A program made the position numbers and the translations under genes. Under the pieces are notes generated by a model. The model was not told the DNA's origin. It searched no databases and worked only from the letters and a program-made list of their open reading frames with translations. Source: Nitrospirota bacterium (GTDB lineage Bacteria > Nitrospirota > Thermodesulfovibrionia > Thermodesulfovibrionales > JdFR-88). From it: a DNA stretch of 31,209 bases. This document shows positions 17,278 to 24,204 of the stretch, piece after piece. The stretch lies in NCBI GenBank assembly GCA_021790695.1, contig JAJYGJ010000034.1, positions 1-31,209 of the forward strand. The letters are read 5' to 3'. Within the stretch, counting starts at the first letter, position 1, and every line of letters starts with the position of its first letter.

Positions 17278-18713
17278 CATTCCCAGTTCAGCAATCTCTG
17301 TTCCCCGGCGAGGCCCCGTATCGCGGTGACGTCCTGGCTTACTTCAAGGGCGCCCCTGTACTTTCCTTCACGGTCACGGACGGCAAAGTACCTGATGTAA
17401 AGGAACCGTCCATTCATCTGTATCCAGAAATCCGCGCTATCCCTCCGGCCGCTTCTGAATGCATCCAGTATATTCTGGACAGTCCCAACGCTCTTTACGG
17501 GATGGCAGTTCTGGACCTTCCTTCCGATGACGCCGGGGCTGCGGGGAAATATCCTGTCTTTAGTCGCCGAATAATAAACGACCTCATCGTCCTCGTTCAC
17601 GAAGGAGACGTCCACGGGAAGGTGGGTGAGTATCAGGTTGACCTGTTCCGCCGTGATCGACCCCGTATCCAGACTGAGTTTATCCGGATTAAGCGTCCCC
17701 GGTTCTCCGGCCGGTACGGTCTGCCGGGCTGACCCGGATGGCTTCCAGTCCTCCACCGCCTCCAGCCACGCGTATCCTATCTCCTCCTCGCCTTTTTTCA
17801 CTCTGAGCCAGTCTTCATCGGTCAGTGTCTCAAGGGCCATGGGGAAGAGGATATTTTCCTCCTTGTAGATCATGTCATTTATCATCGTAAAGAGCGTCTT
17901 TAGCTCCAGATCGCTCAGCCTGTCCATCTTCGATTTCCCCGAAAGGTGTTTCAGCATGGCCCGGATATCGTCATGAAGGGCCCACATCACCTTCGACGGG
18001 CCGGATATCCCCTTTGCCTCCAGGACGGGAAAGAGCTGGTTTTCCTTTCTTGCATAATGCCTCTCGATGGGGGCAAGCCTGTCAAGGAGTTTTGGCAGGC
18101 CCGAGGGGTCCTTGAGATTGTCCATCTCCCGCATGATCTTCTCCGCGGCCCTGTTTTCAAGCATGAAGGTGTGCACGGGGTGTCCGGCCGGCAGGCCCGG
18201 CGGCGGCGTCTTTTTATCGAGCGATTCCCTGAACACCTCGACATGCACATTGCAAAGCCCTTTTACCTCTTGCTCCGGCATCCCCTCGGATATGAGAGAC
18301 TGCTCCATTTGGGCTATCTCGTAAGGCGAGACCTCTTTCAGAAGATCAAGCAGGCGTTTTTTGAGCAGGTCCGGCGGGACGCCTTTATGCAGGTCCTTTA
18401 TGATGCCTTTCAATATCTCCTGGCGGCCCTCCTGAGGTGGCTGGCCGCCCTCCCGGTTCTCCCGGCCGCATTCAGCGCAGACACCCTGGCAGGTCTGTTT
18501 TTTAATTTCAGCGGCGATCCGGTCTATCAGGTCCGCCGGGTCCATGCCGCCAATGGCGGCGGCCTGCTCAAGTGTTGCGACCCGTCCAATAGTGTTTTTG
18601 AGCACGGGGTTGTCCAGGGCCTTGAAACCGGGGTTTAATTCCATTAGGAATCCCTTCAGAAACGGATAAGCGTCAAGAAGTTCGGATATCTTCGTCTTTG
18701 AGTTCAGGTCCAT
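17277..18713 (-). CDS. DUF1858/DUF438 domain protein with hemerythrin-like and PAS domains
   Basis: N-terminal YPFLKGFLMELNPGFKAL..ATLEQAA (DUF1858-like), EIAQMEQSLISEG..LCNVH (DUF438), GHPVHTFMLEN / HYARKENQLFP / VMWALHDDIR / MIYKEENILFP (hemerythrin-like), LPVDVSFVNEDDEVVYYS..RSPGVIGRKVQNCHP (PAS). Confidence 0.88.
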   Translation of the reverse strand: MDLNSKTKISELLDAYPFLKGFLMELNPGFKALDNPVLKNTIGRVATLEQAAAIGGMDPADLIDRIAAEIKKQTCQGVCAECGRENREGGQPPQEGRQEILKGIIKDLHKGVPPDLLKKRLLDLLKEVSPYEIAQMEQSLISEGMPEQEVKGLCNVHVEVFRESLDKKTPPPGLPAGHPVHTFMLENRAAEKIMREMDNLKDPSGLPKLLDRLAPIERHYARKENQLFPVLEAKGISGPSKVMWALHDDIRAMLKHLSGKSKMDRLSDLELKTLFTMINDMIYKEENILFPMALETLTDEDWLRVKKGEEEIGYAWLEAVEDWKPSGSARQTVPAGEPGTLNPDKLSLDTGSITAEQVNLILTHLPVDVSFVNEDDEVVYYSATKDRIFPRSPGVIGRKVQNCHPVKSVGTVQNILDAFRSGRRDSADFWIQMNGRFLYIRYFAVRDREGKYRGALEVSQDVTAIRGLAGEQRLLNWE

Positions 18714-18766
18714 ATTGCCTCCCGGGGAATCGTTTTTTTTATTTTTATTTTCAATCTACAATTCTG

Positions 18767-18810
18767 ATTATACGGGGTGAGGAGGGCGGGGTTGTATGAT
18801 TTAGATCAGG
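18767..18810 (-). promoter_or_regulatory. CRP/FNR-type class II promoter for the DUF438 gene
   Basis: TATGAT-TTAG-ATCAGG (18795-18810, overlapping the nagA stop) centred 30.5 nt from -10 TATAAT (18767-18772, minus strand). Confidence 0.6.
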
Positions 18811-19664
18811 CCCATATACCGGAGCGCGTTGTCCTTGCCGAAGAGTTTCAAGAGCCTTTCGTCCATCTCCGGGAAGAGCCGTTTTAATGTCCGGGCGCAT
18901 TCGGAGAGCGTCTTTCCGCCGCCGGCCAGGATACCGTTTTCGTAGACGGGTTTGCCCCTGCCGCCTTTTACGGAATCCGAGACGAGGATTATCTTTTTAT
19001 GGTCCTTGATTTTAAGGACAAGCTCAAACGTTTCCAGCCCCAGGTGGACGCCGTCGGCGATGATCTCCACGCAGAGGTCCTCATCGAGGAGGGCAAAGCC
19101 CGCAAGCCCCGGCTCCCTGTGATGGAAGGGCCTCATTGCATTAAAGAGATGGGTCACGCCCGTGGCGCCGGCCCGCTTGCCCTCCCGCGCCTGCCTGGCG
19201 GTGGCGTCGGAGTGGCCCATGTTCACCCTGATGCCGAGCCCCGCGCACCTCTCTATGACTTTAAGCGCGCCCGGCAGCTCGGGCGCGACGGTGATTATCT
19301 TTACGGCGTCCTCGAACCCGGCTATCAACTCTTTAAGGTTTGAAAGCGTCGGCCTCCGGAAATTCCCCGCCCCGAGCGCCCCGCATCTGCCGGGGTTCAG
19401 AAACGGCCCTTCCAGGTTTATGCCGCCAATGAGTCCGCTTTTCGCCATCGCCTCCCGCACCGCGGACATCCCGGCGCGCATGCCGGCCGCCTCCGAGGGA
19501 TAGATGGTGGGATATATGAGGGCCGTGCCTTTTTTCCGGTGGGAGCGGGCCAGCTCCAGTATCGTCCGTGGGTCCGCGTCTCTCGTGTCATAGGGGCCCA
19601 GGCCGTGGGTGTGCAGATCGACAAAATCAAAATCAAAATCAAAAAGGCCTTCAGGGACCGTCAT
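18801..19664 (-). CDS. nagA: N-acetylglucosamine-6-phosphate deacetylase-like amidohydrolase (compact, 287 aa)
   Basis: DLHTHG, INLEGPF, ITVAPE, MGHSDA, THLFNAM, IIADGVH, LVSDS. Confidence 0.8.
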   Translation of the reverse strand: MTVPEGLFDFDFDFVDLHTHGLGPYDTRDADPRTILELARSHRKKGTALIYPTIYPSEAAGMRAGMSAVREAMAKSGLIGGINLEGPFLNPGRCGALGAGNFRRPTLSNLKELIAGFEDAVKIITVAPELPGALKVIERCAGLGIRVNMGHSDATARQAREGKRAGATGVTHLFNAMRPFHHREPGLAGFALLDEDLCVEIIADGVHLGLETFELVLKIKDHKKIILVSDSVKGGRGKPVYENGILAGGGKTLSECARTLKRLFPEMDERLLKLFGKDNALRYMGLI

Positions 19665-20158
19665 GAGGACTTGCGCGAGGCGGCCCCGCCGGAAAAGGGG
19701 GGATTTTTTTCTATCTTCTTCAATCGCTCCGGGGTCAGGGCGGAAACGATCCTGAAACCCGGACTGGCGTAGCGGTCCGCCCTTTTCATCAGGAGCCAGT
19801 CGTTTGGCGATTTGCCCTTTTTGATTTTGAACCTGGCCAGAACGAACCCGCCCTTGAGCTTCCGGCCCGCGAGCGTGAATTCGATGATCCCCTCGCCGGG
19901 GCCGCCTTTTTCAAGATCGAACCGGCCGCTGTCCCAGATTACGACCGTTCCCGCTCCATACCGGCCCGCGGGGATGATGCCCTCCCAGGAGCCGTATTCG
20001 AGATCGTGGTCTTCCACCATGACGGCAAGCCTTTTGTCGGCCGGGTCCATCGAGGGCCCCTTGGGGACGGCCCAGCTCTTGAGGACCCCCTCTATCTCGA
20101 GCCTGAAGTCATAATGAAGACGGGTTGCGTGATGTTCGTGCACTACGAACAGGGCCAT
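19661..20158 (-). CDS. Stand-alone LigD 3'-phosphoesterase (DNA polymerase/ligase N-terminal domain) protein
   Basis: FVVHEHHATRLHYDFRLE, LKSWAVPKGPS, DKRLAVMVEDH, YGAGTVVIWDSG. Confidence 0.92.
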   Translation of the reverse strand: MALFVVHEHHATRLHYDFRLEIEGVLKSWAVPKGPSMDPADKRLAVMVEDHDLEYGSWEGIIPAGRYGAGTVVIWDSGRFDLEKGGPGEGIIEFTLAGRKLKGGFVLARFKIKKGKSPNDWLLMKRADRYASPGFRIVSALTPERLKKIEKNPPFSGGAASRKSS

Positions 20159-20236
20159 GGTACTTAAAGTTTACCTTATTTGCGGCCGGTTTTGGTTCAA
20201 GATTACCCGGTCCTGTCCCCGTCTTGATAAACGGCG

Positions 20237-21535
20237 TCAGTGCATGTCGTTTGCCGTCCGGAAGCCGGAGACGGCTTCACGCAGGTCGTGGGCCACGCCG
20301 GTCAGGCTGTTCACCTGGGATATCAGGTTTACGGAGGAGTCATCCATATGTCTGGCTATTGAAGATGAGGTCTCCATGCTGCCGGTGATCTGGGAGGCAA
20401 CGCCCGACTGCTCATCCACGGCCGTAGCGATCTCCGCAATCCGGTCGCGCACCTGGTGGGCCCCCTGGACTATGGCCTCCAGGGAGCCCCCGACTTTTCT
20501 TATGTTCTCGGTCGCGCCCCTGAACTCATCGGCCGACATCCTCATGGCATGCGTGGTCTCGGCGGTCTCCGCCTGAAAGGATTTTATCTTTCCGGCTATC
20601 ACGGAGGTCTCCCTCAAGGTCTTTTCGGCGAGTTTTCTCACCTCTTCGGCCACGACCGCGAACCCCCTGCCGTACTGGCTCGCGCGCGCCGCTTCGATCG
20701 ATGCGTTCAGGGCGAGAAGGTTTGTCTGGTCCGCTATGTCGGTGATTACCGAGACCACCCCGCCTATTTCCATGGTGTTTTTGTTCAGGCTTTCGATCTT
20801 TTCCTGCAGTGTGCGGGTGGCCTCGTACACCCTGCCCGAGGTCTCGATGGCCGCGCGCGCTCCGGACTGGCCCTCCTCGGCCGTCTTCAGGGCAGACCGG
20901 GCGGCCTCCGAAACTTCGGCGGCCCTCCTGGCTATTTCGTTTATGGTCTGGCTCATCTCCTCGCTCGCGGTGGCCGTCTGGGAGGCCTGAAGCGCCTGGT
21001 TCTGGGCCCGTTCGGCGGTCTTTGCGGCCTCAATTTTCAGGGCATCGACCGTGGAGATGACCTTTTTTGCCGAGTTCGTCACACGGTGTATCATATCGTT
21101 GAAGGAAGAGGCCATGCGGCCCATGTTGCCATAAAGAAGGCCGATCTCGTCCGATCCGGCTTTTTGACCGGAGGAGTCCAGTTGCACGGTCATGTCCCCT
21201 TCGGAGAGTCTTTGGACCGCCTTCATCATCTCGGAGACCGAGTTCCTGATGGATCCGCTTACAGCCTTCATGGCGACAATTATGAGCACCCCCATAAGGC
21301 CCAGGAGGGCGGCCGCGAAGGTCATGACGTGGACGGCGCTTCCGAGTTCGGCGCTGATAAGCCCCGCCTGCGCGGCCCATGCGCTCATGCCGGCCGATGC
21401 GGCCTCGGTCAGGGACTGGCTGAGCGCCTCCGTTTTAAACACAAGGAGAAGGACGAAAACAGCCATCGTTATCACGGCAAGGACGACCATTAAGATTGCG
21501 AAATTGAGTTTTTTGCTTATGCTCCAGCCTGACAT
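20237..21535 (-). CDS. Methyl-accepting chemotaxis protein (TM-short loop-TM-HAMP-MA)
   Basis: DEIGLL HAMP; IADQTNLLALNASIEAARASQYGRGFAVVAEEVRKLAEKT signalling domain. Confidence 0.93.
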   Translation of the reverse strand: MSGWSISKKLNFAILMVVLAVITMAVFVLLLVFKTEALSQSLTEAASAGMSAWAAQAGLISAELGSAVHVMTFAAALLGLMGVLIIVAMKAVSGSIRNSVSEMMKAVQRLSEGDMTVQLDSSGQKAGSDEIGLLYGNMGRMASSFNDMIHRVTNSAKKVISTVDALKIEAAKTAERAQNQALQASQTATASEEMSQTINEIARRAAEVSEAARSALKTAEEGQSGARAAIETSGRVYEATRTLQEKIESLNKNTMEIGGVVSVITDIADQTNLLALNASIEAARASQYGRGFAVVAEEVRKLAEKTLRETSVIAGKIKSFQAETAETTHAMRMSADEFRGATENIRKVGGSLEAIVQGAHQVRDRIAEIATAVDEQSGVASQITGSMETSSSIARHMDDSSVNLISQVNSLTGVAHDLREAVSGFRTANDMH

Positions 21536-21577
21536 TGGACTAAACCTCCCTCTTAATCCACGATGTATGAAATCCCC

Positions 21578-21692
21578 GGCAGTGTCCCAGTTTGAAGTCG
21601 TGAAACTCCCGATGGATTATCACCGCCCGCAGACCCCGCAGCCGCAGTTGCCCATCGGTTATCGAAACGTTTATCTAAACCGGGACATTGCC
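21578..21692. mobile_element. Putative 115-bp MITE-like element with ends related to the 9155 element
   Basis: Left GGCAGTGTCCCAGTTTGA; right (reverse complement) GGCAATGTCCCGGTTTAG, a 14/18 match. Flanks tgaaatcccc / tcacatcccc (8/10). Confidence 0.5.
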
Positions 21693-21931
21693 TCACATCC
21701 CCCGTTTGCGGGCTTTTTAATTACTTATCGGCCGGTCCTTGAAATAACTATAATGGCTTCCGGTTTGATCTTAAGACGGCCATAAAATGGATAAAATTGT
21801 TTTCCATTTTTGTCATACGGGCGGAAATTTATTTTTAAACACAATAGAATTCCGGCCGGAATGACGAATAAAGGCCGACAGTGTAAAAAGCGATCTTGAG
21901 ACGGTTCTGGTAAGGCGGTACAGTTCCCGTT

Positions 21932-23353
21932 TCAAGGCCCTTTAAAAGGCCCCCCCTGTTTTTCGGGAAATGTCTTTTCAGGGAATATCTTTCCGGGGTT
22001 CAGGAGCCCGTCGGGGTCAAAGACGCCCTTTATCCGGCGCATGAGGTCCAGTTCCGCGGGTCCTATCTCCATCTCGATAAAAGGCTTTTTTGTGAGTCCC
22101 ACCCCGTGTTCGCCGGAGAGCGTGCCGCCAAGGTCCAGCACCTTCCGGAAAAGCTCCCGAAGGACGGGGGTCAGGTCCTTTTTTTCCTCCGGGAGGAAGT
22201 TCACATGCAGGTTTCCGTCGCCGGCATGGCCGAACGTGGCTATCGGCACGGAAGTCCTGAGGGCGAGGGCCTTAAGCTCGGTGAGCATCCGGGCAATATT
22301 TCCTCTCGGCACCACGATGTCTTCGCTCACCTTGTGCGGGCATAACTGGTAGAGCGCGGGCGAGACCCCCCGCCGGGCCCTCCAGAGGGCCTCTCGCGCG
22401 TCCTCGTCTTCGGCCATCGTTACCTTCGCTCCGAGCCTGCCGCATATATCTATCACGCGGCCGGCCTGGGCCTTGATGGCCTCGGGATGGCCGTCAAGCT
22501 CGATAAGCAGTAGTGCCTCGGCCCCGGAAGGCAGCCCCACGGGGCCTCTCTTTTCAACCGCGAGTATGCAGTGCCCGTCCACGATCTCCAGGGTGCGGGG
22601 GATTATCCTTGAGGCGATGATGCGGCTGACCGCCTCGCCGGCGGCGCCCACGTCGCCGAAGACGGCCATGAGGGTGATTATCTCCTCCGGCAGGGGCAGG
22701 ACCTTGAGCCGTATCTTCGTGATCGCGGCAAGCGTTCCCTCGGAGCCGACAAGGAGCCTTGTCAGATCGTACCCCACCACCCCTTTCGGCGTTTGCACGC
22801 CGGTCGTTATAAGCTCGCCGCCAGCCAGCACGGCCTCGAGCCAGAGGACATAGTCCCTCGTGACGCCGTACTTCAGCGCGCGGGGACCGCCCGCGTTTTC
22901 GGCCACATTGCCCCCGATAGTGCAGAACTCCAGGCTCGCGGGGTCCGGCGGATAGAAAAGCCCGTAGCCCGCAAGCTCCCGCTGGAGGCTTCCGTTCACT
23001 ACTCCCGGTTCCACGAGCACGGTCAGGTTGACGTCGTCCACTTCGAGGATCCTGTTCATGCGCTCGAAACTGAGCACGATCAGTCCCCCGGGGGGCGCCG
23101 CCAGGGCCCCCCGGGCGGGCTCGGCCCCCGCGAAGGGGACAGATCCCCCGGTCATGCCGGTGCCGGCGCCGCGCGGGATGACGGCCGCCCTTATCCGCCC
23201 GGCGCCGCGCATTACCGCCGCCACTTCCTCCGCCGTCTCCGGCCAGGCCACGGCGGCGGGAGTCCCGGACAGGCCGGAGGCGTCAAACCCGTAGGCCAGC
23301 AGGTCCGCCGGTTCCGTGGAATAGCGCTCTATGTCCAGTTTCAATTCGCTCAT
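21932..23353 (-). CDS. FAD-linked oxidase, GlcD/D-lactate dehydrogenase family
   Basis: IPRGAGTGMTGG, VEPGVVN, FYPPDPAS, TIGGNVAENAGGPRALKYGVTRDYV, GSEGTL, GHAGDGNLH, SGEHGVG, LNPGK. Start set at ATG 23353; the ORF-track extension to 23518 overlaps purQ. Confidence 0.9.
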   Translation of the reverse strand: MSELKLDIERYSTEPADLLAYGFDASGLSGTPAAVAWPETAEEVAAVMRGAGRIRAAVIPRGAGTGMTGGSVPFAGAEPARGALAAPPGGLIVLSFERMNRILEVDDVNLTVLVEPGVVNGSLQRELAGYGLFYPPDPASLEFCTIGGNVAENAGGPRALKYGVTRDYVLWLEAVLAGGELITTGVQTPKGVVGYDLTRLLVGSEGTLAAITKIRLKVLPLPEEIITLMAVFGDVGAAGEAVSRIIASRIIPRTLEIVDGHCILAVEKRGPVGLPSGAEALLLIELDGHPEAIKAQAGRVIDICGRLGAKVTMAEDEDAREALWRARRGVSPALYQLCPHKVSEDIVVPRGNIARMLTELKALALRTSVPIATFGHAGDGNLHVNFLPEEKKDLTPVLRELFRKVLDLGGTLSGEHGVGLTKKPFIEMEIGPAELDLMRRIKGVFDPDGLLNPGKIFPEKTFPEKQGGPFKGP

Positions 23354-23486
23354 GCCATCATTGGTCAAATAGGGATATTCAATTTTAAGTGATTTAGCGG
23401 TCTGCGGGCAATATGCGTGAAAAAATCCCTCTCCATGCAGTAAAATAAAACGTTCAAGCTGAAAAAACTGGAGTTTCCATAAATTA

Positions 23487-24194
23487 ATGATTGGCGTAAT
23501 CGTATTCCCCGGCAGCAACTGCGATCATGACTGCTATCACGTCCTCAAGCACGTGATGGGCGCGTCCGTCCGTTTCGTCTGGCACAAGGAGCGGGAGCTT
23601 CCCGCCGGCACCGAGGCGGCAGTGCTTCCGGGCGGGTTCGCCTACGGGGATTATCTGCGCACCGGGGCCATAGCGCGCCTTTCATCCGTCATGGCGGCGG
23701 TTGAGAGGTTCGCGGACAAGGGCGGCCCGGTAATAGGCATCTGTAACGGGTTTCAGGTGCTGGTGGAGGCGGGGCTTCTGCCGGGGGCGCTTCTGAGAAA
23801 CAGCGGCATGAAATTCATCTGCAGGGACGTGTTCCTGCGGGTGGAAAACGCGGGGACCCCGTTTACGAACAGCTTCCGGCAGGGGGCTGTCCTGCGGATG
23901 CCCATCGCGCACGGCGAAGGCAATTATTTCCTGGAGGGGCCGGCGCTGAAAACCCTGAATGAAAATAACCAGGTGGCCTTCAGATACTCGACCGCCGGGG
24001 GCGGGATAACGCCGGAGGCAAACCCGAACGGCTCTCTGGAAAATATCGCGGGCATCACAAACCGGCAGGGCAACGTCCTTGGGATGATGCCCCATCCCGA
24101 ACGCTCGGCCGAAGCGGTCCTCGGCAACACGGACGGAAGGCTCATCTTCGAATCCCTCTTTGCCTGGCTCCGGACGAAGACCTCCCGGGGTTAG
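23487..24194 (+). CDS. purQ: Phosphoribosylformylglycinamidine synthase subunit PurQ
   Basis: [47 protein letters not shown]. Confidence 0.96.
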   Translation: MIGVIVFPGSNCDHDCYHVLKHVMGASVRFVWHKERELPAGTEAAVLPGGFAYGDYLRTGAIARLSSVMAAVERFADKGGPVIGICNGFQVLVEAGLLPGALLRNSGMKFICRDVFLRVENAGTPFTNSFRQGAVLRMPIAHGEGNYFLEGPALKTLNENNQVAFRYSTAGGGITPEANPNGSLENIAGITNRQGNVLGMMPHPERSAEAVLGNTDGRLIFESLFAWLRTKTSRG

Positions 24195-24204
24195 GGCTTC
24201 CGGC

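Noticed and set aside
23354-23518. Long N-terminal extension of the GlcD-like ORF
   Set aside because: AT-rich intergenic composition and overlap with purQ; homology starts near ATG 23353.
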